A stretch of DNA of 64,000 nt from Oscillospiraceae bacterium (GCA_031549605.1 JAVBPM010000002.1:9254-73253), one strand, 5' to 3'. Positions 9,118 through 21,812 are shown, counted from the first letter of the stretch. Program-made: numbers and translations. Notes: generated by a model from the sequence alone, not told the origin.

Positions 9118-9522
9118 ATGAATCTGCTCGACCCGCAGTATCAACACGGCGATCTGCACGGCATCAGCACACTGGCGCTGGCCCATGTCGGCGACGCCGT
9201 CTACGACCTCATGCTGCGTACACAGCTGTGCCTCAACGGCGCGCCGACGGCGGCCAAGCTGCACCGCGAAACAACGCGACTCGTCTGTGCCGCCGCGCAG
9301 GCGCAGGCGGCGCAGCTGGTGCTGCCGCTGCTGACCGACGAGGAGCGCGCGCTGTATCTGCGCGGCCGCAACGCCAAGTCGCACAAGCCGCCCAAATACG
9401 CCGACCACGAGGCCTATGCGGCGGCCACGGCGCTGGAGACGCTGTTTGGCTACCTGTACCTCACCGGCGAGCACGCGCGACTCGAGCAACTCATGTCAAT
9501 CATACTGGAGGCAACGCCATGA
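9118..9522 (+). CDS. mrnC: Mini-ribonuclease 3 (Mini-III)
   Basis: 134 aa with LAHVGDAVYDLMLR and LRGRNAKS motifs typical of Mini-III. Confidence 0.85.
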   Translation: MNLLDPQYQHGDLHGISTLALAHVGDAVYDLMLRTQLCLNGAPTAAKLHRETTRLVCAAAQAQAAQLVLPLLTDEERALYLRGRNAKSHKPPKYADHEAYAAATALETLFGYLYLTGEHARLEQLMSIILEATP

Positions 9523-10382
9523 ACAACAAAAAAACGTGGTCTATTGTCATTGATTACGCCCTGATTCTGCTGGGCAACTTGATTTTTGCCGTTTCCGTTG
9601 TTTATTTCATCAAGCCGCACCTCATTCCCATGGGCGGCCTGTCGGGCATCGCGCTGGTACTCAACAGCCAGTTTGGCCTGCCCATCGGCGTTATGACCAT
9701 GCTGATGAATATCCCCATTTTCATCATGGGCTACCGCTCGATGGGACACGCGTTCTTGCTGCGCACCACCTTTTCGGTGCTAGTCTCCTCGGTGGCCATC
9801 GACGTTTTGCCGTCTAAGCCGCCCTTTGAGGTGTCGGACACGCTGGTCGCGGCGTTGTACGGCGGATTGCTGGCCGGTATCGGTCTGGGTCTTGTGTTTT
9901 CGCGCGGCGCCACGGGCGGCGGCACCGACATCATCAGCAAGCTGATTAACAAAAAGGCCAGCCACCTGTCGGTCGGCCGAATCGGTATGATAATTAACTT
10001 CTTTATCATCATCGGCTCGGCCGCCATCTTCGGCAACCCCGAGGCCGTGCTCTACGCGCTGGTCGTGCAGTTTGTGTCAGGCTCGACGCTCGACGCGCTG
10101 CTGAGTGGCATGGACAGCGCCACCGCCGCTTTTATCGTCACGGCCGTGCCCGACAAGATGGGCGCGGTGCTCACCACACAGGTTAAGCGCGGCGCGACTG
10201 CCGTCGAGGCCACCGGCGCCTTTTCCGGCACAACCAAGACCATTCTGCTGTGCGCGGTGCGCCGACACGAGATGACGGCGCTGAAAAAAGCGGTTATGAG
10301 CACCGACCCCGACGCCTTCATCATTCTGGCCAACGCACACGAGGTGCTGGGCCGCGGCTTCAAGCCCTTTGTCGTCAAGTAA
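9519..10382 (+). CDS. YitT family membrane protein (DUF2179 C-terminal domain)
   Basis: In-frame part of track ORF 9228..10382. ATG 9519 follows GGAGG and overlaps the mrnC stop as ATGA. The sequence (MNNKKTWSIVIDYALILLGNLIFAVSV...) is YitT-like. Confidence 0.85.
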   Translation: MNNKKTWSIVIDYALILLGNLIFAVSVVYFIKPHLIPMGGLSGIALVLNSQFGLPIGVMTMLMNIPIFIMGYRSMGHAFLLRTTFSVLVSSVAIDVLPSKPPFEVSDTLVAALYGGLLAGIGLGLVFSRGATGGGTDIISKLINKKASHLSVGRIGMIINFFIIIGSAAIFGNPEAVLYALVVQFVSGSTLDALLSGMDSATAAFIVTAVPDKMGAVLTTQVKRGATAVEATGAFSGTTKTILLCAVRRHEMTALKKAVMSTDPDAFIILANAHEVLGRGFKPFVVK

Positions 10383-10437
10383 GCGTCTAAAACCAAGCAC
10401 CCTTTCATAGCCTTGTCTGTGAGGGGGTGCTTTTGCT

Positions 10438-11769
10438 TTGAAGGTCAATACCCGTTCGGCCGGTTACGCCGCCTCGCTGCTGACACTGGTCAACGTCGCG
10501 TCGCAGATTATCGCCTTTTTCTACCGCGTCGCGCTGGTGGCGCTGATTGGCTCGGAGGTCATGGGGCTTTACCAGCTGGTCATGCCCGTCTACTCGGTCA
10601 TCATGTCGATTGTGGTGGTCGGCCTGACGGTGGCGGTCAGCCGTCTGTCGGCCGCCGAGCTGGCCGCCGGACACACGGCGCGGCTGCGCCAGCTGGTCGC
10701 CACGGCGCTGCGTCTGTTTTTCACCGTCTTTCTCGTCGTCGCGGCACTGATAGCGCTGCTGAGCGACGCCATCAGCGTCCACCTGCTCAGCGACGCGCGC
10801 ACGCGGCTGGGGCTGCTGATGCTACTGCCCTGCATCTTCTTTACCGGCATTGAAAACATCCATAAAAACTACTTTTACGGCATAAAGAACGTCCACCCGC
10901 CCGCACTCAGCGAGATGGTCGAGCAAATCGTCCGCAGCACCGCCGTACTGGTGCTGGTGGCCAGCTTTAAGCAAAACAGCGCCGAGCGCACGGTGGCGCT
11001 GATTGTCTGTGGTCTGGTCGTTTGCGAGATTGTCAGCGCCACGCTGCTACGCATCTGCTACCGGCGCGACATGGCACACCGCACCCTGTCCGGCACAGGC
11101 CAGGCGCCACGCGCCTTGCGCCGCAGCATTGCCGATATTGCCGTGCCGGTGTCGCTGTCGGCGCTGTCACTCAACCTCATCGGCTCGGCCAACGCCATCA
11201 TTATCCCCGAGCGGCTGATGGTGTCGGGCTTGCCGTCGTCGCAGGCGCTGTCGCTGTATGGCGTGGTGTTCGGCATGGTCATTCCGCTCATCGCGCTGCC
11301 CATGGCGTGTGTGACGGCGCTGACGCTGGTGATGGTGCCACGCATCTCCGAGGCGGTGGCCAAGCGCCAGCCGCGGCAGGTGCGACAGTATATCAACCGC
11401 TCGCTCAAGACAACGACACTGATTATGGTGCCACTACTGTCCCTGCTGGCGCTGTTCGGCGAACCCATTGTCGATGCGCTGTTTCACAACAGCATCAGCG
11501 CGCCCATGATGACGCTGCTGTGCGCCGACTTTCTACTGACCTCGTATCAGGCCGTGACCGGCAGCGTACTCAACGCCGTCGGCAAGCAGCGCCGCGCCGC
11601 CGCCAACACGGTGGTGTCGGGGCTGGTGCAGCTGGCGCTGACATGGCTGGCGGTAGCACAGCCGTCGCTGCGCCTCATGGGCGCCATTTGGGCCATGCTC
11701 ATCGGCACCGCGCTGGGTACAGCGCTCAACGCGCTGGATGTGCGAAGCTTCACCAAGAAAGCCAATTAA
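10438..11769 (+). CDS. MOP-superfamily flippase (polysaccharide biosynthesis protein / SpoVB-like)
   Basis: 443 aa, multi-TM, with an N-terminus (LLTLVNVASQIIAFFYRVALVALIGSEVMGLYQLVMPVY) typical of SpoVB/MurJ-like proteins. Confidence 0.75.
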   Translation: MKVNTRSAGYAASLLTLVNVASQIIAFFYRVALVALIGSEVMGLYQLVMPVYSVIMSIVVVGLTVAVSRLSAAELAAGHTARLRQLVATALRLFFTVFLVVAALIALLSDAISVHLLSDARTRLGLLMLLPCIFFTGIENIHKNYFYGIKNVHPPALSEMVEQIVRSTAVLVLVASFKQNSAERTVALIVCGLVVCEIVSATLLRICYRRDMAHRTLSGTGQAPRALRRSIADIAVPVSLSALSLNLIGSANAIIIPERLMVSGLPSSQALSLYGVVFGMVIPLIALPMACVTALTLVMVPRISEAVAKRQPRQVRQYINRSLKTTTLIMVPLLSLLALFGEPIVDALFHNSISAPMMTLLCADFLLTSYQAVTGSVLNAVGKQRRAAANTVVSGLVQLALTWLAVAQPSLRLMGAIWAMLIGTALGTALNALDVRSFTKKAN

Positions 11770-11835
11770 ACGTCATGATAATTGCAATCTCGTTTGCATT
11801 GTGATAAAATGAAGCAAAAGAGAGGAGCTGCATGT

Positions 11836-12312
11836 ATGGCCATTTGTCCCAACTGTAAAAATGTGATTGCCGATACCGCGGAGTTCTGCCCCACCTGCCA
11901 AACCCCCATGTCAGCCACACCCGCTCAACCGGCGCAGCCCGCTGCCAATATGCCGTATCAGGGTCAACACTTTCAAAACCACCCACAACCGCCGTACCAA
12001 CAACCTTACGGTTATCAGCAGCCATACCAGCAGCCATACGGATACCACCAACCCTATCCTATGCCGCTCAAAAACTCGGGAATGGCTGTGGCCTCTATGG
12101 TCTGCGGCATTGTCGGCCTGTTCCTGTTTGGCATCATTTTGGGCACGCTGGCCGTAATTTTTGGTTTTGTCGGCCTTAACCAAGTCAAGATGCGCCCCGC
12201 TAAGGGCAAGGGCATGGCTATTGCAGGCATCGTTTTGGGCTTTGTCGGCGTAGGACTGATGATTCTTCTGTTGGCCAACGGCACTATATATTTCAACTAC
12301 AACATAGGTTAG
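11836..12312 (+). CDS. Zinc-ribbon plus DUF4190 membrane protein with Q/P/Y-rich linker
   Basis: Start ATG 11836 lies 8 nt after GAGGAG. CPNC..CPTC zinc ribbon, QQPYGYQQPYQQPYGY repeats, and two C-terminal TM helices (DUF4190-like). Confidence 0.7.
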   Translation: MAICPNCKNVIADTAEFCPTCQTPMSATPAQPAQPAANMPYQGQHFQNHPQPPYQQPYGYQQPYQQPYGYHQPYPMPLKNSGMAVASMVCGIVGLFLFGIILGTLAVIFGFVGLNQVKMRPAKGKGMAIAGIVLGFVGVGLMILLLANGTIYFNYNIG

Positions 12313-12319
12313 CGCTACT

Positions 12320-12691
12320 ATGAATCAGTTTGCCTTATTCTGTCCGGTCTGTCACACGCAGGTCGTGCACGGGCAACCAGGCTGTCACCGCTGCGGTACA
12401 CCTTTCCCGCCGCTCGCACAACCCTGCGAAAAAACACCCGGACTGTCGATTGCTTCCATGGTCTGCGGCATTTGCTCCATTCCTTTTTTTGCCATCATAG
12501 TACCACAGGTGTTGGCACTTGTTTTTGGTGTTGTGAGCCTCTGCACATCACCTCGTTCTGTCCGTACAGGGCGTGGCATGGCCATTGCCGGTATAGTCAC
12601 GGGCGCAGTTGGGTTTCTGTTGCTCGTACTATTTTTTGTTTTCCACGCCTACACATTTGAATATTTCTCTTCCGCCCCCATCCCGGCGTAA
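12320..12691 (+). CDS. Zinc-ribbon plus DUF4190 membrane protein (paralog of the preceding gene)
   Basis: 123 aa with CPVC..CHRC, then the same SIASMVCGI...GMAIAGIV two-TM module as the upstream gene. Confidence 0.7.
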   Translation: MNQFALFCPVCHTQVVHGQPGCHRCGTPFPPLAQPCEKTPGLSIASMVCGICSIPFFAIIVPQVLALVFGVVSLCTSPRSVRTGRGMAIAGIVTGAVGFLLLVLFFVFHAYTFEYFSSAPIPA

Positions 12692-12694
12692 CAC

Positions 12695-12730
12695 AACGCG
12701 GACGCGCTTTGATAGCACGTCCGCGTTTTT

Positions 12731-12731
<1 letters not shown>
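12695..12731 (+). terminator. Intrinsic terminator at a convergent junction (single hairpin)
   Basis: Stem AACGCGGACG (12695-12704) / CGTCCGCGTT (12718-12727) followed by TTTTT. Confidence 0.6.
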
Positions 12732-14920
<2,189 letters not shown>

Positions 14921-14997
14921 CGGCCCACCTCCTAACTCAAAATATTGTGTCGATTATACCACTCTTGAACGGTAAACTCAACGACCAGATTGACAAA

Positions 14998-15025
14998 GCA
15001 CCTGCCATCACTCCATGGCAGGTGC
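14998..15025 (-). terminator. Hairpin after the small membrane protein gene
   Basis: GCACCTGCCAT (14998-15008) / ATGGCAGGTGC (15015-15025). The following minus-strand U-run is weak (UUUG). Confidence 0.45.
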
Positions 15026-15032
15026 TGTAGTG

Positions 15033-15341
15033 TTATTGTTCCGGCTCGGCCTCGGCCAGCCATAGCTCGGCGTCGTATTGACGCGCCATTTTCATCAACA
15101 AATCGTTATATTGTTCGCATGCAATAACAGGCTGTATCGTCATAGTACGCCATTGCTGGTGCCATTTAACCGCCTGCAGCACCTGCTGCAGGGCTGCCGG
15201 CTCAATGCCATCAGCCGCCACCACAGCGTATACGGGTGGAAGGGCACGGTTTTTTCTGATTTGTCCGACCACCAGCCATGCCAACACCAGCAGCCCAAAC
15301 GACGCCAACAGCGCCACGATTACTTCAACAATAACGCGCAT
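15033..15341 (-). CDS. Hypothetical small membrane-anchored protein
   Basis: Track ORF 15033..15374. A likely start is ATG 15341 (MRVIVEVIVALLASFGLLVLAWLVVG). One N-terminal TM helix and no recognisable domain. Confidence 0.5.
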   Translation of the reverse strand: MRVIVEVIVALLASFGLLVLAWLVVGQIRKNRALPPVYAVVAADGIEPAALQQVLQAVKWHQQWRTMTIQPVIACEQYNDLLMKMARQYDAELWLAEAEPEQ

Positions 15342-15391
15342 ACCACTCGCCTCCGCACCATGGTATGCGCGCATGCTTCAGTATGTACCCT

Positions 15392-15877
15392 TTACCCGCC
15401 TGTGGCGACGCTCTTCACGCCAACACCCAGCAAGGTCATAATGATGCCGGCCACAACGACGCCGCACGCGATGGCAGGTAGCGCCTTTTTCAGCCGAATA
15501 TCAAGCAGTGCGGCAATCAGCGCGCCGGTCCACGCGCCGGTTCCCGGCAACGGAATGGCGACAAAGATAAACAGCCCCAGCCACTCGTACTTAATGATGC
15601 GATCCGCCTTGCTCATCGCCTTTGTTTCCAGCCGCTCGATTTTCTGGCCAAACTTGGTCTTGGTTTTAATCCAGTGAAAAATACGGCGGATAAAAATAAT
15701 GATGAAGGGCACCGGCAGTATATTACCGACGATAGCGACAGGCAGCACGACATTGGCAGGAAGCCCCAACCCTATGCCGATAGGTACCGCGCCGCGCAAC
15801 TCAATAATGGGAACCATGGAAATCAAAAAAACATAAACTGCGTGGGCAAAATCTGTATTGGGCAGCCAGTCGAGCAT
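15392..15877 (-). CDS. Small multidrug export protein family (COG2426-like) membrane protein
   Basis: Track ORF 15392..16018. Start ATG 15877 follows GGAGGG. The IIELRGAVPIGIGLGL and PLPGTGAWTGALIAALL motifs are characteristic of this family. Confidence 0.7.
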   Translation of the reverse strand: MLDWLPNTDFAHAVYVFLISMVPIIELRGAVPIGIGLGLPANVVLPVAIVGNILPVPFIIIFIRRIFHWIKTKTKFGQKIERLETKAMSKADRIIKYEWLGLFIFVAIPLPGTGAWTGALIAALLDIRLKKALPAIACGVVVAGIIMTLLGVGVKSVATGG

Positions 15878-15913
15878 CGTGTGCCCTCCTTCCAGCATAA
15901 AACGTGCGACTTG

Positions 15914-15950
15914 TAAAACTGCCCCCTGCGGCGTTTGCCACAGGGGGCAG
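15914..15950 (-). terminator. Intrinsic terminator after tuf
   Basis: CTGCCCCCTG (15919-15928) / CAGGGGGCAG (15941-15950), followed on the minus strand by UUUU. Confidence 0.7.
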
Positions 15951-15965
15951 CGGTTGGACAATAGC

Positions 15966-17165
15966 TTACTCGGCGATCTCGGTGACGACGCCCGAACCAA
16001 CGGTGCGGCCGCCTTCACGGATAGCGAAGCGCAAACCCTTTTCGATAGCGATCGGGGTGATGAGCTCGACGTCGATGAGGACGTTGTCGCCCGGCATGCA
16101 CATCTCGACGCCGGCCGGCAGCTGGATAACGCCGGTCACGTCGGTGGTGCGGAAGTAGAACTGCGGGCGGTAGTTGCCGAAGAACGGGCTGTGACGGCCG
16201 CCTTCTTCTTTGGACAGGACGTAGACCTGACCCTTGAACTTGGTGTGCGGCTTGATGGAGCCGGGCTTGCACAGAACCTGACCGCGCTCAATGTCGGTCT
16301 TGGCGATGCCGCGCAGCAGCAGGCCGGCGTTGTCACCCGATTCGGTGTAATCCATCGACTTGTGGAACATTTCGATACCGGTGACAACCGTCTTGCGGGT
16401 CTCGCGGATACCGACAATTTCGATTTCCTCGCCCATCTTCAGGTTACCACGCTCGACACGGCCCGTAGCAACGGTACCGCGGCCGGTGATGGTGAAGACG
16501 TCTTCGACAGGCATCAGGAAGGGCAGATCAACCTTACGCTCCGGGGTCGGAATGTAGCTGTCGACAGCGTCCATCAGCTTCTTGATGCACTCGTACTCGG
16601 GCGCGTTGGTATCGGTCGAGGCCGACTCCAGCGCGATCTTGGCGCTGCCGCCAATGATCGGGGTGTCGTCGCCGGGGAAGTCATACTTGCTCAGCAGGTC
16701 GCGGATTTCCATCTCGACCAGCTCCAGCATCTCGGGATCGTCGACTTGGTCAGTCTTGTTCATGAAGACAACGATATAGGGCACGCCGACCTGACGGGCA
16801 AGCACGATGTGCTCACGGGTCTGGGGCATCGGGCCGTCGGCGGCGCTGACGACGAGGATGGCACCGTCCATCTGCGCGGCGCCGGTGATCATGTTCTTAA
16901 CATAGTCGGCGTGGCCCGGGCAGTCGACGTGGGCGTAGTGGCGGGTATCGGTCTCGTACTCAACGTGCGAGGTCGAAATCGTGATGCCACGAGCCTTTTC
17001 TTCGGGGGTCTTGTCGATCGAGTCGTAGGAGCGGAAGTCGGCTTTGCCGGCCATGCCCAACACTTTGGTGATGGCGGCGGTCAGGGTGGTCTTACCGTGG
17101 TCAACGTGGCCTACGGTACCAATGTTTACGTGGGGTTTGTTGCGTTCAAATTTTGCCTTGGCCAT
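15966..17165 (-). CDS. tuf: Elongation factor Tu
   Basis: 399 aa beginning [33 protein letters not shown]. Confidence 0.98.
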   Translation of the reverse strand: MAKAKFERNKPHVNIGTVGHVDHGKTTLTAAITKVLGMAGKADFRSYDSIDKTPEEKARGITISTSHVEYETDTRHYAHVDCPGHADYVKNMITGAAQMDGAILVVSAADGPMPQTREHIVLARQVGVPYIVVFMNKTDQVDDPEMLELVEMEIRDLLSKYDFPGDDTPIIGGSAKIALESASTDTNAPEYECIKKLMDAVDSYIPTPERKVDLPFLMPVEDVFTITGRGTVATGRVERGNLKMGEEIEIVGIRETRKTVVTGIEMFHKSMDYTESGDNAGLLLRGIAKTDIERGQVLCKPGSIKPHTKFKGQVYVLSKEEGGRHSPFFGNYRPQFYFRTTDVTGVIQLPAGVEMCMPGDNVLIDVELITPIAIEKGLRFAIREGGRTVGSGVVTEIAE

Positions 17166-17208
17166 TGCTTATATCCTCCTTGTTTTCTTATCCGTTACGT
17201 TCGCGTAC

Positions 17209-17237
17209 ATTCTAACCGATAAGTCTTTTTTTTGCAA
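17209..17237 (-). promoter_or_regulatory. Candidate internal promoter for tuf in the fusA-tuf spacer
   Basis: On the minus strand: TTGCAA (17237-17232), a 17-nt spacer, then TAGAAT (17214-17209). Confidence 0.4.
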
Positions 17238-17286
17238 TAGGGTATTTCTAAATTGTCCAAAAGCGACAAAAGGCGGGAGCTGTCAT

Positions 17287-19359
<2,073 letters not shown>

Positions 19360-19417
19360 ATGGTTACTCCTTCAATTCCAAATTGCGTGAGCGGCGGCGC
19401 ATGAGTCACGCGTTCAT

Positions 19418-19460
19418 AAAATGCGAGCATTTTTGTTGACACGCATGGCTCAGCGCTTAG
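19418..19460 (-). repeat. 43-nt box immediately downstream of the rpsG stop (copy 1)
   Basis: 38/43 identical to 20157-20199. Contains the mini-palindrome AAAATGC..GCATTTT. The 21 nt proximal to the stop codon (CACGCATGGCTCAGCGCTTAG on the plus strand) are identical in both copies. Confidence 0.85.
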
Positions 19461-19464
19461 TTCT

Positions 19465-19935
19465 TTACCACCGATAGTGCGCGAACGCCTTGTTGGCGTC
19501 GGCCATCTTGTGGGTGTCCTCACGCTTTTTCACGGCGTTACCGGTGCTGTTAAACGCGTCGAGAATTTCTCCGGCGAGTTTTTCACGCATCGTTTTTTCG
19601 CCACGGTTGCGGGTGTAGTTGGTCAACCAGCGCAGACCCAGCGTCTGACGACGCTCGGGACGCACTTCAATGGGCACCTGGTAGGTCGAGCCGCCGACAC
19701 GGCGAGCCTTGACCTCCAGTGACGGCATGATGTTCTCCAGCGCGCCGGTGAACACCTCCAGCGGTTCTTTACCCGATTTTTCACGGATGATGTCGAAAGC
19801 GCCATAGACGACTTTCTGCGCTACGCCTTTTTTACCGTCCTCCATGATGGAGTTGACCAGTTTGGTCACCAGCTTGGAATTGTAGACAGGATCAGGCAGC
19901 ACGTCTCTTTTGGGAATAAACCCTCTTCTGGGCAC
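19465..19935 (-). CDS. rpsG: 30S ribosomal protein S7
   Basis: 156 aa with a GTG start ([19 protein letters not shown]...). Confidence 0.97.
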   Translation of the reverse strand: MPRRGFIPKRDVLPDPVYNSKLVTKLVNSIMEDGKKGVAQKVVYGAFDIIREKSGKEPLEVFTGALENIMPSLEVKARRVGGSTYQVPIEVRPERRQTLGLRWLTNYTRNRGEKTMREKLAGEILDAFNSTGNAVKKREDTHKMADANKAFAHYRW

Positions 19936-20156
19936 TTGACTTCCCTCCTTCTAATAAATAGATTTCATAGGTACTCGAAAGATGAATTTTTCTCCCGTCG
20001 CGCCCTGTATGCAAACAAGGCAAATCCTTGGGCTAAACAATTCATGGTTGCGTCGAAAGGTGGCTAAGTTTTGCTGTGGCACGCTTCGCTCATGCTCTCA
20101 CTCCGCCCTGCCGTTTGTCCCCTCGGGACAATCGTCAGGTCTGCGTTCGGGTTCTC

Positions 20157-20199
20157 AAAATGCAAGCATTTTGTTCGCCACGCATGGCTCAGCGCTTAG
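20157..20199 (-). repeat. 43-nt box immediately downstream of the rpsL stop (copy 2)
   Basis: Same box as 19418-19460, ending 1 nt from the rpsL stop codon. Confidence 0.85.
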
Positions 20200-20200
20200 C

Positions 20201-20620
20201 TTACTTTCCCGCTTTCGGACGCTTGGCGCCGTACTTGGAACGGCTCTGTCTGCGGTTGGCGACACCGACGGTGTCCAGCGTGCCGCGAATGATGTGGTAA
20301 CGGCAGCCCGGCAGATCTTTGACACGACCGCCGCGAATCATCACGACGCTATGCTCCTGCAGGGTGTGGCCAACGCCGGGAATGTAGGCGGTGACCTCGA
20401 TGCCGTTGCTCAGGCGGACACGGGCGATTTTACGCAGCGCCGAGTTGGGCTTCTTGGGCGTAGCCGTACGGACGACCGTGCAAACGCCGCGCTTCTGCGG
20501 AGCCGAGATGTCGGTCGCGACATTCTTGAGCGTGTTGACGCCCTTCTGCAGTGCCGGAGCGGTCGACTTGTAGGTCACGCGTTCGCGGCCTTTACGCACC
20601 AGTTGGTTAAAGGTTGGCAT
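20201..20620 (-). CDS. rpsL: 30S ribosomal protein S12
   Basis: 139 aa beginning [13 protein letters not shown]. Confidence 0.97.
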   Translation of the reverse strand: MPTFNQLVRKGRERVTYKSTAPALQKGVNTLKNVATDISAPQKRGVCTVVRTATPKKPNSALRKIARVRLSNGIEVTAYIPGVGHTLQEHSVVMIRGGRVKDLPGCRYHIIRGTLDTVGVANRRQSRSKYGAKRPKAGK

Positions 20621-20684
20621 GAATGTTCTCCTTTCCTCAATCGTTATATTCTTATCAAATACCGTTGACAGTATTCGGTAAAAA

Positions 20685-20927
20685 TCACGCTAATATCGCG
20701 GCACAGGCGGCCCCGATGTCAATACCGCAGGCCTGTCCCAGCTGCGCCATGGTCTCTACGCAAACCGGCTGCAACCCCGCCTCACGGCAGGCGGCCAGCA
20801 CAGGGTCAAGCACACGCGCCTCGGCGTCGGCGGCCACAAAGACAGTGACAACCGCAGCTTCGCGTAGCGAGCGAAGCGTCTGCTTTACCCCGACGACTTT
20901 TTTAGCACTACTCAGACGCGCGGGCAT
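20685..20927 (-). CDS. L7Ae/L30e-family ribosome-associated K-turn-binding protein (YbxF-like)
   Basis: Track ORF 20685..21044. Start ATG 20927 follows GGGAGGGGAG. The 80-aa product ([36 protein letters not shown]...) sits upstream of rpsL, as ybxF does in Bacillus. Confidence 0.8.
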   Translation of the reverse strand: MPARLSSAKKVVGVKQTLRSLREAAVVTVFVAADAEARVLDPVLAACREAGLQPVCVETMAQLGQACGIDIGAACAAILA

Positions 20928-20988
20928 AAGCACTCCCCTCCCAGAAAAAACGGCGCAACAAAGCAATCGTGAAATGTCACGGACGATA

Positions 20989-21017
20989 AATATATACCAT
21001 TGCACACCAGATGTCAA
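20989..21017 (-). promoter_or_regulatory. Candidate promoter of the L7Ae-rpsL-rpsG-fusA-tuf operon
   Basis: On the minus strand: TTGACA (21017-21012), a 17-nt spacer, then TATATT (20994-20989). Confidence 0.55.
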
Positions 21018-21024
21018 TACTTTA

Positions 21025-21053
21025 TTGAAAAGGCGCGGCAACACCTATATAAT
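21025..21053 (+). promoter_or_regulatory. Candidate divergent promoter for the DUF1801 gene
   Basis: TTGAAA (21025-21030), a 17-nt spacer, then TATAAT (21048-21053). Confidence 0.5.
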
Positions 21054-21091
21054 ACAGCTGCATCGCACGATATGATAAAGGAGGCACACCC

Positions 21092-21496
21092 ATGAGTACC
21101 TATACCACCATCGACGAGTACCTTGCCCAGTGCCCTGCCGAGCAACGGCCGCGTCTTGAACAGCTGCGCGCCGCTCTCCGCGAAGCGGCGCCCGACGCCA
21201 GCGAGAAAATCAGCTGGCAAATGCCCACGCTTTACCAGCAGGGCAACCTCGTCCACTTCTGCGCGCACAGCAACCACATCGGCTTTTACCCCGGCTCCTC
21301 GGGCGTCGAGCATTTCAGCGACAAGCTGGTCGACTACAAAACCTCCAAGGGCGCCATCCAGCTGCCCAACAGCCAGCCGCTGCCTCTGGCGCTGGTGCAG
21401 GAGATTACACGCTTTCGCGTGACCGAAAACCTGGCCATGGCCGAGGCCAAAAAAGCGGCCAAAGCCAAGAAAACTGACGCCGAACCCACCACCTGA
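21092..21496 (+). CDS. DUF1801 (YdhG-like) domain protein
   Basis: 134 aa with MSTYTTIDEYLAQCPAEQRPRLEQLRAALREAAPDASEKISWQMPT, typical of the YdhG/DUF1801 family. Confidence 0.8.
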   Translation: MSTYTTIDEYLAQCPAEQRPRLEQLRAALREAAPDASEKISWQMPTLYQQGNLVHFCAHSNHIGFYPGSSGVEHFSDKLVDYKTSKGAIQLPNSQPLPLALVQEITRFRVTENLAMAEAKKAAKAKKTDAEPTT

Positions 21497-21503
21497 CAAC
21501 ACA

Positions 21504-21532
21504 AAGGGCCGGAGCACAACGCTCCGGCCCTA
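21504..21532. repeat. Left copy of the duplicated 29-bp terminator-like hairpin flanking repeat copy A
   Basis: AAGGGCCGGAGCACAACGCTCCGGCCCTA with a 10-bp GC stem. It is 28/29 identical to 21784-21812; the only difference is in the loop. Confidence 0.9.
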
Positions 21533-21783
21533 CAGACTGTCAAAAAAGCGCGCACCGTAAAACCGGTGCCAGAAGAAAGAGGAGACGTCAACGCAAAGCC
21601 GTGTCTTGATTCTCGACTGACGATGTGTGGTGCATCGACAAGGTCGCTGCGCCGCAATGGTTTCACTTGCTGCAGAAACGCTGTCCTAGCGTACCGTCGT
21701 ACGCCGACGGACAGCGTTTCTTTGCCTGCGCACTTCTTTGTCAGTCTGTCAGCGTGTCAAAAAACAAGTTGTTTGACACGCTG
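21533..21783 (+). mobile_element. MITE-like non-coding repeat, copy A (251 bp)
   Basis: Starts CAGACTGTCAAAAAAG and ends GTTTGACACGCTG, which are imperfect terminal inverted repeats. It aligns along its length with 34558-34805 (reverse) and 51284-51532. Reading frames are not conserved between copies. Confidence 0.75.
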
Positions 21784-21812
21784 AAGGGCCGGAGCGCAAC
21801 GCTCCGGCCCTA
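21784..21812. repeat. Right copy of the duplicated 29-bp hairpin flanking repeat copy A
   Basis: AAGGGCCGGAGCGCAACGCTCCGGCCCTA. Confidence 0.9.

Noticed and set aside
19982-20668. A 228-aa plus-strand ORF covering the long rpsL-rpsG spacer and rpsL, considered as an explanation for the 265-nt spacer.
   Set aside because: Most of it is antisense to rpsL. There is no SD motif or recognisable motif, and the composition is typical of antisense artefacts. The spacer is treated as non-coding.
21504-21812. The hairpin-250 bp-hairpin arrangement superficially resembles a CRISPR repeat-spacer-repeat unit.
   Set aside because: There are only two repeats per locus. The conserved part between loci is the 'spacer' while the 'repeats' are locus-specific, which is the opposite of a CRISPR array. 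No cas genes or leader are present.
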